Source: Actinomycetota bacterium (lineage in GTDB: Bacteria > Actinomycetota > UBA4738 > JACQTL01). Taken from it: a stretch of DNA of 25,119 bases. The notes below the pieces were generated by a model. It saw only the letters and a list, made by a program, of their open reading frames with translations. It did no database searches and was not told where the DNA came from. Position numbers and translations under genes: made by a program. Positions 1 through 7,221 of this stretch are shown in pieces (within the stretch, counting starts at the first letter, position 1; the number at the start of each line of letters is the position of its first letter). The DNA lies in the NCBI GenBank assembly GCA_035577825.1, contig DATLUW010001014.1:1-25119 (forward strand), read 5' to 3'.

Positions 1-1
1 C

Positions 2-142
2 GTCGCCAGCGCCACCACGGTGACGATGAGCGAGGGAAGTGCCTCCGGCAAGTTCTTCTGCATCTCCGACAACACAACGACGGGGACCAAGGAGGGCAAC
101 GTCGACGCCAAGGTCGGCACGGCCTGTACCGGCACCTGGTAG
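2..142 (+). CDS. C-terminal end of a type IV pilin, probably the major pilin (5' truncated by the window)
   Basis: Frame 2 reads VASATTVTMSEGSASGKFFCISDNTTTGTKEGNVDAKVGTACTGTW-stop. It has a C-terminal Cys pair, and SASGKFFCISDN resembles SVAGAYYCAADN of the next pilin. A strong terminator follows. Major-pilin status is inferred. Confidence 0.7.
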   Translation, partial: VASATTVTMSEGSASGKFFCISDNTTTGTKEGNVDAKVGTACTGTW

Positions 143-162
143 CTCACACAGCTCCCAACCTC

Positions 163-200
163 GAATGGGGCGGCCCTCCGGGCCGCCCCATTCATTTTGT
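163..200 (+). terminator. Intrinsic terminator after the first pilin
   Basis: Perfect 14-bp stem GAATGGGGCGGCCC / GGGCCGCCCCATTC (163-176, 180-193), TCC loop, followed by ATTTTGT. Confidence 0.85.
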
Positions 201-418
201 GGACACCCGCCTTCGGCGTGCCGAACTTCGGCGAGGTCGACGGCCGCACACCTGGGCTGCACGGTGATTCGGCACGGTTTGCTCGGTCCGTCCGGCCTAG
301 GGATTTCCCCCGGCCAACCGGGGTGGATCGGGACTTTCGGCCGATCGTGAAGCCGGCTCCGGCAACCGATGTTCCAACCGTATGAACGCGTCGATTCGTC
401 GAAGGGAGGTGAAACCGT

Positions 419-889
419 GTGACCTGGATCTCTGCTCGCCGGCGCGAGGAGGGGTTCACGATGGTCGAGCTCTTGGTGGTCGTCCTCATCATCGGCATCC
501 TGATCGCCATAGCGCTCCCCGTCTTCCTCGGTGCCCGGAATCGTGCAGAGAACGCGGCAGCGGGGGCGGACCTCCGAAACGCGCTGGCGGCGTCCAAGAT
601 CTACTTCACCATCGGCCAGACCTACACCGGGTTCGACGTCGCGACCGCGCAGGCCCAGGCGCCGGATATGTCGTGGGTCGGAGCCGGCGACCCGGGCGCC
701 ACCGAGGACATCGCGATCGTGGTCGCAGCCGGGTCGAACGTGCTGTTGGTGCGGAGATCGGTCGCCGGTGCGTACTACTGCGCCGCCGACAACGGCAGCA
801 CCGCGACGATCCACGCGGACGACGCGGCGCCGTCGGTGTACGCGGACGTGGACACGGTGGTCGAGTGCGGCGCGTTGCCGGGGATCTGA
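419..889 (+). CDS. Type IV pilin (PilA/PilE-like paralog), 156 aa
   Basis: Class III signal peptide RRREEG|FTMVELLVVVLIIGILIAIALP with Glu+5; SD GGAGGT at 405-410, 8 nt before GTG; C-terminal Cys pair. Confidence 0.93.
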   Translation: MTWISARRREEGFTMVELLVVVLIIGILIAIALPVFLGARNRAENAAAGADLRNALAASKIYFTIGQTYTGFDVATAQAQAPDMSWVGAGDPGATEDIAIVVAAGSNVLLVRRSVAGAYYCAADNGSTATIHADDAAPSVYADVDTVVECGALPGI

Positions 890-978
890 CATGACACCCG
901 ACGACGCGGTGGTTCGGGGCGGCTCCGGCCGAGCCTTTGGCACGGGGCCGTCCCGGCTCGCTGGGACAGCACGACCCC

Positions 979-1006
979 TTCAGCCACCCGTGCGGTGCGC
1001 CGATAA
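979..1006 (+). promoter_or_regulatory. Putative sigma28/FliA/WhiG-type promoter for the minor pilin operon
   Basis: TTCA (979-982), 16-nt spacer, GCCGATAA (999-1006). The -10 matches the sigma28 consensus exactly; the -35 is only similar. Confidence 0.55.
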
Positions 1007-1022
1007 CCACAGGAGTATGCGC

Positions 1023-2492
1023 ATGGAACGAACGTGGTTCCGCATGGCCGCTCGCCTGGCCTCGGACGAGGAGGGATTCTCGCTGATCGAGGCCATGATG
1101 GCGGCGTTCGTGCTCGCCGTGGGTGCCTTCGCGATCATCCAGGCGCTCGGGTTCAGCCTCACGTCGACCGGTCTCTCGCGGCAGCGGCAATCGGCCGGGG
1201 CGATCCTGAACCAGGAGATCGAGCTCGCCCGCGGGCTCAACTACTCGAACATCGGCCTCGCCGAGACCCCCGACCAGCTCCCGAAGTCGACCGATCCCAC
1301 GAACCCGGACTTCTGGTTCTCGTCGGACGGGACGCAGTACGACCCCGACGGGACCGGGACGGATTTCGGCTACGAGACGCTCATCACGAACCAAGCGGCG
1401 CCGAACCTGCCGCACGGCCCGCAGACCGTCACGAAGAGCAACACCACGTTCAAGGTCTATGACTACGTCACCTGGGTGGACCTGCCGGGCCTGTCCGGTG
1501 TGCAGGACGCCAAGCGGCTCACGGTGGTCGTGACGTGGACCGCCCTCGACACCCACACCACCCAGCACGTCTCCGCGAACACGATCTTCAGCAGCGGCGT
1601 CATCGCGGTGTCGACGGCGGGAAGTGGTTCGAACAGCCCGCCGAACGTGTCGTGTCCGACATCCACCACGTCGGGTCTCACCGCGAACTTCACGGCGGTG
1701 GCGAGCGACCCGGATTCCGGGGACGCGATCAGCCAGTACGACTGGGACTTCGGCGACTCGACGACCGGCACGACCACGACCCCACAGGCCACGCACACCT
1801 ATGCGAGCATGGGGACGTACACGGTCACCGTCGTCGTGCACGACACCCACAGCGCGTCGGCCTCGACCGCGGCGCTCGGGTGCTCGGTGTCCGTCGCGGC
1901 CCCCTCGCCGACACCGACGGGCGACACGCAGGCACCGGCAGGCTCGATCGTCCTCAACAGCGGCGACACCTATGCGAAGTCGACACAGCTGACGATCACG
2001 GTCACGGCGACCGACGACGTCGCGGTCACCCAGATGGCATTCACGACGGACCCGAGCAACTTCGGGGCGTACGTCGCCTACGCGGCGACGGCCCAGTACA
2101 CGGTGCCGGTCGGCGACGGCACGAAGACCGTGTACGCGCGGTTCACCGATGCAGTCGGCAACGTCAGCACGGTCGTCTCCGACACCATCATTCTCGACAC
2201 CGTCGCTCCGAGCGCGCCGACCGGGCTGACGGCGACCCGGGACAACAACCACAAGTCCACGACGCTCAGCTGGAACGCCGTCTCGGCCCCGGACCTCGCC
2301 GGCTACGCGGTGTACCGGTTGACGGGCACCTCGGGGACCTCGTTCGTACAGGTGACGTGCAGCTTCGTGTACGGGCTTCCGACCGAGTGCGACGACACCG
2401 GTGAGACCAACCACATCTCGTACACCTTCTACGTCGTCGCGACCGACCTCGCCGGGAACCTGAGCGCCGCGAGCAACCAGGTGCAGGTGTGA
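1023..2492 (+). CDS. PilV-like minor pilin with C-terminal PKD, bacterial Ig-like and fibronectin III domains, 489 aa
   Basis: DEEG|FSLIEAMMAAFVLAVG cleavage site with Glu+5. PKD signature QYDWDFGD...HTYASMGTYTVTV. DTQAP...DTVAP Ig-like unit. PSAPTGLTA...LSWNAV...YAVYR FnIII pattern. Start chosen from SD AGGAG at 1011-1015; alternatives are 1017 and 1044. Confidence 0.85.
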   Translation: MERTWFRMAARLASDEEGFSLIEAMMAAFVLAVGAFAIIQALGFSLTSTGLSRQRQSAGAILNQEIELARGLNYSNIGLAETPDQLPKSTDPTNPDFWFSSDGTQYDPDGTGTDFGYETLITNQAAPNLPHGPQTVTKSNTTFKVYDYVTWVDLPGLSGVQDAKRLTVVVTWTALDTHTTQHVSANTIFSSGVIAVSTAGSGSNSPPNVSCPTSTTSGLTANFTAVASDPDSGDAISQYDWDFGDSTTGTTTTPQATHTYASMGTYTVTVVVHDTHSASASTAALGCSVSVAAPSPTPTGDTQAPAGSIVLNSGDTYAKSTQLTITVTATDDVAVTQMAFTTDPSNFGAYVAYAATAQYTVPVGDGTKTVYARFTDAVGNVSTVVSDTIILDTVAPSAPTGLTATRDNNHKSTTLSWNAVSAPDLAGYAVYRLTGTSGTSFVQVTCSFVYGLPTECDDTGETNHISYTFYVVATDLAGNLSAASNQVQV

Positions 2493-2995
2493 TGCTCAGG
2501 GCCCTCCGGAACCGGACGCGATCCGATCGCGGAACCACCGTGGTGGAGCTCCTGGTGACCGTGGCGGTGATGTCGCTCATCGTCGGCGCGGTCATGACGG
2601 TCTGGAGTGCCGCGCAGAAGGGGGAGGGCACGGCCACCAGCCGGACCGTCGACCTGAACGAGATGCGCAACGCCTTGCAGAGGATGACGAAGGACATCCG
2701 TCAGGCCTCCAGCGTCCACACCCAGACCGCCACCTCGTTCGACGCGGACACGTACATCGAGGGCGTGAAGCATCGCGTCGCGTACACGGCCTCCGGCACC
2801 ACGCTCACCCGGAAGGTGGACGCGGGGACGGCCGTCACGTTGCTCACCGACCTGGCGAACACGAACGTCTTCACGTACACGACCGACGGGAACCTGCTCC
2901 TGCAGGTGACCGTGCTCCTCACCATCGACCAGTCGTCGGGCGAGGGAACGCTGAACCTCCAGTCCGACGTCCAGACGAGGAACCTGACGTCATGA
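2489..2995 (+). CDS. PilW/GspJ-like minor pilin, 168 aa
   Basis: SDRG|TTVVELLVTVAVMSLIVGAV prepilin motif; GTGA overlap with the upstream gene; sits between V-like and X-like pilins. Confidence 0.85.
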   Translation: MMLRALRNRTRSDRGTTVVELLVTVAVMSLIVGAVMTVWSAAQKGEGTATSRTVDLNEMRNALQRMTKDIRQASSVHTQTATSFDADTYIEGVKHRVAYTASGTTLTRKVDAGTAVTLLTDLANTNVFTYTTDGNLLLQVTVLLTIDQSSGEGTLNLQSDVQTRNLTS

Positions 2996-4461
2996 ACCGC
3001 TTCCATCGAGACGAGTCCGGATTCGCTCTCGTGACCGCCGTCCTGCTCCTCGCCATCATGACCCTGCTGCTCACCGTGGCGTTGGCGAGCGGCAACTCGG
3101 CGACCAACTTCACGGCTCGGAGCGCGCGGTGGACGGCGCTCCTGCCGACGGCGGAGTCCGGGGTCAACGACGCCATCGTCCGGCTGAGCCAGAACCGGAA
3201 CGTGCCGGCGTCGGCCACGGGTTGCGCCTATACCGGCACCGCCACCACCGGGTGCACCACGCCCGGCGGGCAGTATCAGGTCACGTGGCAGAAGCAGTCG
3301 AGGGGCAGGATCCTCATCACCTCGTACGGGTTCTACCCGAACGCCGCCGCGTGGCTGGCCGGGAACCAGTTCTCCCAGGCCCGGAAGATCCAGGTGACGA
3401 TGGGGCCACCCCGGACGTTCCGGTACGCGCTGTTCTCCCAGACCACGCTCGATGTGAAGAACAAGTCCGTCATCGTCGGCGACATGTACTCCCAGGGAAA
3501 GATGACGATCAACAACGACGCGACGATCTGTGGCAACGTCGACAACGCCACGTTCGGCGTCGACATGGGCACCAACGCGTCGATCGTCAAGACGCTCGAC
3601 GGCTACGACTGCGACAGCTCGGCCAACGTGAAGAGCGGCGGCAGCATCACGATGTTGAACGGCTCCGTGATCGCCGGGGACGCCACCGCGTCCGGTCCGA
3701 CGCAGCAGGACTGCCCCCCGACGCCGGACACGCTCTATTCGATCCAGGGCGGCACCGTCCAGGGATCCGCCACCGCGTGCGGCCAGGTTTCGACGACGAC
3801 GTCGAGCGCGCACCCGTTCACCAAGACGTCGCCGCCCGTCTCGCAGTCGCTGCCGCCGTTCGCCTTCGACCCCGCCAACTACACCGATCTCACCTGCTAC
3901 CCGTCGACGGGCACGTGCGGGGAGGCCAACACATCGTCCACGGCCGTCCAGGACTTCTCGACCGTGTCGCGAACGAACATCAAGGGCACGTACGCCGTCT
4001 GGCAGACGAACCCGACCAAGGACACCGTCATCGATCTCACCGACCTGACGCTCGGAGGCGACCTGACCGTCGTCACGAATGCGCCGGTGAACCTCGGCAA
4101 CGCCAACAACGGGACGATCACCGGCGTCTCGGGCTCGAACCTGGTGATCATCTCCACCTACATCCCGCCGACGGGGACGACCTGCACGAACAACGGCGGC
4201 GACTGCAGCATCTACGGCAAGAACTCCATCGTGGTCGACGCGGGCGATCCGACGAACCCCGACGACGGGATCGACATCCTGCTCTACACGCCCGGCAAGA
4301 TGGGGTTCAAGAATCAGGGCAACGAGGCGGACGGGTCCCTGTACGCGGGCAGCATGGACCTCAAGAACGGGTTCAACATCCAGTACGGCGACCGGATCGC
4401 CGCGCTGCCGGGGTTCGGTCAGGCCCTGACCCGCCGACTGTGGGTCGAGCTCAAGCCCTGA
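2992..4461 (+). CDS. PilX/GspK-like minor pilin with large C-terminal Thr/Asn-rich domain, 489 aa
   Basis: DESG|FALVTAVLLLAIM lacks Glu+5, the PilX/GspK hallmark. AESGVNDAIVRL follows. ATGA overlap with the upstream gene. 10 Cys. Confidence 0.85.
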   Translation: MNRFHRDESGFALVTAVLLLAIMTLLLTVALASGNSATNFTARSARWTALLPTAESGVNDAIVRLSQNRNVPASATGCAYTGTATTGCTTPGGQYQVTWQKQSRGRILITSYGFYPNAAAWLAGNQFSQARKIQVTMGPPRTFRYALFSQTTLDVKNKSVIVGDMYSQGKMTINNDATICGNVDNATFGVDMGTNASIVKTLDGYDCDSSANVKSGGSITMLNGSVIAGDATASGPTQQDCPPTPDTLYSIQGGTVQGSATACGQVSTTTSSAHPFTKTSPPVSQSLPPFAFDPANYTDLTCYPSTGTCGEANTSSTAVQDFSTVSRTNIKGTYAVWQTNPTKDTVIDLTDLTLGGDLTVVTNAPVNLGNANNGTITGVSGSNLVIISTYIPPTGTTCTNNGGDCSIYGKNSIVVDAGDPTNPDDGIDILLYTPGKMGFKNQGNEADGSLYAGSMDLKNGFNIQYGDRIAALPGFGQALTRRLWVELKP

Positions 4462-4550
4462 GCGACCGGTGACATCGGTCCGATCCGGTACCCTGCGGCC
4501 GCCGTGCGCGCATCCATCGCGACTCGCGTCCCCCGACCGCTGAGACGACC

Positions 4551-5321
4551 GTGATCCGCGCGCTCTGTTTCGCCGTGGCAGGCCTCCTGATCGGTTCGTT
4601 CCTCACCGTCGTGGAATACCGGGTGCCGCGCAAGGAATCGGTGGTCGGCGGGCGGTCGATGTGCCCGTCCTGCGGATCGGTGATCAGGGCGCGCGACAAC
4701 ATTCCGGTCGTCTCCTGGGTCCTGCTCCGGGGGAGGTGCCGGAGCTGCGGGGCCCGGATCTCGGCCATCTACCCACTGACCGAGCTCGCGACCGCCGCCT
4801 TGTTCGTCGGCGCCTCTCTCGAGTTCGAGAGTGTGTGGGTCGCGGCGTTGATCTCGGCGTTCCTGGCCGTCCTCCTCGCGCTCTCTGCGATCGACATCAG
4901 GCATCGGGTCATCCCCAACCGGATCGTGTACCCGTCGGCCGTCGTCGCCCTGGTGGCAGTCGTCGTGCTGGACCTCACCGGGCAGGGCCTCGACTGGGTG
5001 GACGGGTTGATCGGGCTCGTCGCGTACGGGGGTGGGCTGCTGGTGATCGCGTTGATCGCCCCGCGGGGGATGGGCATGGGCGATGTGAAGCTCGCGGGGC
5101 TGATCGGACTCGTCGTGGGGTCGGTCGCCCTGTCGCACGTCGCTGTCGCGGCCGGCGCCGCCATCCTGCTCGGGGGGCTCGCCGGGATCCTGCTGCTCGC
5201 GCTCGGCCGGGGGCGCAAGACCAAGGTGCCGTTCGGTCCATACCTCGCCGCGGGAGCGGCGATCGCGGTGTTCTGGGGCGCGCAGATCGCCAACGCGTAT
5301 CTCAGCCTGGTGACGTCGTGA
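4551..5321 (+). CDS. pilD: Prepilin peptidase / N-methyltransferase (A24A)
   Basis: GSFLTVVEYRVP, Zn-type CPSC...CRSC, IDIRHRVIP and GMGDVKL catalytic Asp motifs, VPFGPYLA, several TM helices. Confidence 0.96.
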   Translation: MIRALCFAVAGLLIGSFLTVVEYRVPRKESVVGGRSMCPSCGSVIRARDNIPVVSWVLLRGRCRSCGARISAIYPLTELATAALFVGASLEFESVWVAALISAFLAVLLALSAIDIRHRVIPNRIVYPSAVVALVAVVVLDLTGQGLDWVDGLIGLVAYGGGLLVIALIAPRGMGMGDVKLAGLIGLVVGSVALSHVAVAAGAAILLGGLAGILLLALGRGRKTKVPFGPYLAAGAAIAVFWGAQIANAYLSLVTS

Positions 5322-5388
5322 TCCGGGTCGCGGCAACGGTCGGCACTGGCGGACCGGGCCGGCGGAGGCGTACCGGAAGGGCGGAAGG

Positions 5389-5405
5389 GGAGTCCCAGGG
5401 ACTCC
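5389..5405. repeat. REP-like palindrome GGAGTCCC-A-GGGACTCC preceded by a tandem CGGAAGGG x2
   Basis: Perfect 8-bp inverted repeat with a 1-nt centre; CGGAAGGG at 5374-5381 and 5382-5389. Confidence 0.5.
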
Positions 5406-5547
5406 TCCTCCTCGCCACGGCGGCCCTTCGAACGCAGCTCCGCCCGTAGCGGAGACCGCGCCGCCGCCCCGGTGGCCGGCTCCGGCCGGCGAGTGCTGCA
5501 TCCCGACCCCCAAGCCGAGGTATCGCGCCGTCAAGGCCCCGTGCTCG

Positions 5548-5578
5548 AAGCCCGACCGGCCTCGAACCGGCGGGTTTT
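5548..5578 (+). terminator. Possible terminator downstream of pilD
   Basis: AAGCCCG-A-CCGG / CCGG-CGGGTTT stem with short T run. It is nested in an outer 8-bp helix CAAGGCCC (5532-5539) / GGGCCTTG (5587-5594). Confidence 0.4.
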
Positions 5579-5703
5579 GGGCCCGCGGGCCTTGTTCGTG
5601 CAGGGGCACCCGGTCTGCTGTCCGGCAGACGACCCACATGTGTCCGTCGGATGGTTGCGTGATGTCTGTGAGCGCGAGTGACCATTTCTGTGAATTACAC
5701 TTA

Positions 5704-5729
5704 TGTAGTTTGGCCTAGAGTGCCGATAG
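5704..5729 (+). promoter_or_regulatory. Putative sigma28/WhiG-type promoter
   Basis: TGTAGTTT, 10-nt spacer, GCCGATAG, versus sigma28 consensus TAAAGTTT-N11-GCCGATAA. The spacer is one base short. Confidence 0.35.
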
Positions 5730-5745
5730 ATGCGAAGCGAGATGT

Positions 5746-5774
5746 TTGACAACGAGTGTGACCAGAGTTACCTT
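5746..5774 (+). promoter_or_regulatory. Housekeeping sigma70-type promoter for the HTH-pilMNOP operon
   Basis: TTGACA (5746-5751), 17-nt spacer, TACCTT (5769-5774), in a region of about 50% GC. Confidence 0.75.
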
Positions 5775-5871
5775 GCGCTCCCCCCGAACGGCATGATGCA
5801 CGAGAGGGAAGGGAGGCAGAAGTTCAAGATGTTGAACATGTGGCCCCTGTTGAAGTTGTGGAGTGTGTGAA

Positions 5872-6078
5872 ATGGGCAAGCGGCGACCGTTCGTGGGGGA
5901 CCGCCTGCTCACCGTGGCCGAGGTCGCGGGGACCATGCGCGTCTCGAACATGACCGTCTACCGCCTGATCAAGGGCGGACAGCTCGCGGCGATCAGGGTC
6001 GGCAAGAACTACCGGATCCGGGAATCGGACGTGAACCGCTACCTGTCCGACCGGTCCGTGCGGGTGGAGGGGGAGTAG
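5872..6078 (+). CDS. Small MerR/excisionase-like winged HTH protein (BdtA/Rv0500A/BldC-like), 68 aa
   Basis: LLTVAEVAGTMRVSNMTVYRLIKGGQLAAIRVGKNYRIRESDV closely follows the actinobacterial BdtA/Rv0500A pattern as recalled (LTVAEVA..MRVSKMTVYRL...L.A.RVGRSFR). SD GGAG at 5860-5863. Confidence 0.9.
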   Translation: MGKRRPFVGDRLLTVAEVAGTMRVSNMTVYRLIKGGQLAAIRVGKNYRIRESDVNRYLSDRSVRVEGE

Positions 6079-6165
6079 GACCGAGGCTAGGCCGAACGGC
6101 CCAATCGAAGATGCCGGAGGGCTCAGGTCCACCGGGCGAACGACCGAAGGAAGAAGCGAAGCGCG

Positions 6166-7221
6166 ATGGCGAAGACACGGATCGGACTCGATGTTGGCTC
6201 CACGGCCGCCCGGGCCGTCGAGATCAACGTGGCGGCGGACCCGCCGGTCCTCGTTCGGGCCGCCCAGGTCCCCATGCAGCCGGGCGCCATCGAGAACGGC
6301 GAGGTTCGTCAGCCCGAGGCCGTGACCGAAGCGCTGAAGGAGCTGTGGCGGCGCGGTGGATTCAAGAACCGCCAGGTGTACATGGGCGTCGGCAACCAGC
6401 GGGTCGTGGTCCGCGAGGTCGCGCTGCCCTGGCTGCCGCTGAAGGAGCTCAGGGAGTCCCTGCCCTACCAGGTGCAGGAGTTCATCCCGATCGCCGTCGA
6501 GGACGCCGTGCTGGACTTCGATGCGCTGGACGAGTTCGAGCAGGACGGACGACGCATGATCCGCGTGCTCCTCGTCGCCGCGCAGAAGGCGATGATCGAG
6601 GGCCTCGTCGGCACCGCCACCGCCGCCCGCCTCGAGCCCATGGGCCTCGACCTCATCCCGTTCGCCCTGATCCGTTCGATCGGGCACGCCAACGGCTCCG
6701 TGATGGAGGAGGAGGTCGAGGAGGCGCTGATCGACGTCGGCGCCGACATCACCAGCATCTGCGTCCACTCGCACGCGGTGCCGCGGTTCGTCCGGATCCT
6801 GCCCTCCGGCGGAAACGACATCACGCTCGCCGTGGCCCGCGCGCTCGGCGTGCCGGAAGACGAGGCCGACCGAATGAAGCGCGGCGAGGTCGTCGAGGGC
6901 GGGCCGAACCCGGCCGACGCCCAGCGGGTCGCGCAGGGGCGCACGGTCAGCTTCGTCGACGAGATCCGCTCGTCGCTCGAGTTCTATGCGGCGCAGAGCC
7001 CCGGCTCGCGCATCGGCCGGCTCCGGGTGACCGGCGGCGGCTCGAAGCTGCCCGGGTTCCTCCAGCTGCTCACCGAGCGGCTCGGCACGCAGGCGGAACC
7101 CGGCGGCGTGTTCGGTCGTGTCCGTCCGGATCTCGACCTCTCCCCGGAGGCCCTCGCCGAGGCCGAACCGCTCCTTGCGGTCGCCGTCGGCCTGGCTCTG
7201 CCCGGAGGTGCGCAGAAGTGA
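6166..7221 (+). CDS. pilM: Type IV pilus alignment protein PilM (actin/FtsA-like)
   Basis: IGLDVGSTAARAVE, EALIDVGADIT, GGNDITLAVAR, VTGGGSKLPG, VAVGLAL; first gene of the M-N-O run. Confidence 0.95.
   Translation: MAKTRIGLDVGSTAARAVEINVAADPPVLVRAAQVPMQPGAIENGEVRQPEAVTEALKELWRRGGFKNRQVYMGVGNQRVVVREVALPWLPLKELRESLPYQVQEFIPIAVEDAVLDFDALDEFEQDGRRMIRVLLVAAQKAMIEGLVGTATAARLEPMGLDLIPFALIRSIGHANGSVMEEEVEEALIDVGADITSICVHSHAVPRFVRILPSGGNDITLAVARALGVPEDEADRMKRGEVVEGGPNPADAQRVAQGRTVSFVDEIRSSLEFYAAQSPGSRIGRLRVTGGGSKLPGFLQLLTERLGTQAEPGGVFGRVRPDLDLSPEALAEAEPLLAVAVGLALPGGAQK

Noticed and set aside
255-330. Fragments resembling a c-di-GMP-I riboswitch (TCCGGCCTA on plus, GCAAACC on minus)
   Set aside because: They are on opposite strands, and the GAAA tetraloop/receptor architecture is absent. 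An Infernal search would settle it.
531-1022. Upstream extension of the PilV-like ORF (531 or ATG 891)
   Set aside because: It overlaps pilin 2 and the putative promoter. A short prepilin leader and an SD point to a start at 1023.
1023-4461. PilV-like and PilX-like proteins both 489 aa
   Set aside because: They show no sequence similarity, and the count depends on the start chosen. Coincidence.
4504-4554. Short frame ending on the pilD GTGA, and similar frames at 369-422 and 14357-14380
   Set aside because: Only the 3' end overlaps a start. Any start followed by A creates such a TGA, so these are expected by chance in stop-poor GC-rich DNA and were not counted as bridges.
5472-5681. 69-aa ORF in the pilD-HTH gap
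   Set aside because: No SD, no recognisable motif, and it overlaps hairpins and regulatory repeats.
5689-5704. CRP or Rex site at TGTGAATTACAC
   Set aside because: Only one half-site is present; the matching TCACA is missing.
5758-5771. BldD box upstream of the BdtA-like gene
   Set aside because: The right half fits CWG-N-GTNA, but the site is one base short of the 15-bp palindrome. Kept only as a generic operator candidate.
5872-6078. Excisionase of a prophage or ICE
   Set aside because: No integrase, att repeat, tRNA or phage gene nearby. The sequence fits chromosomal actinobacterial HTH proteins.
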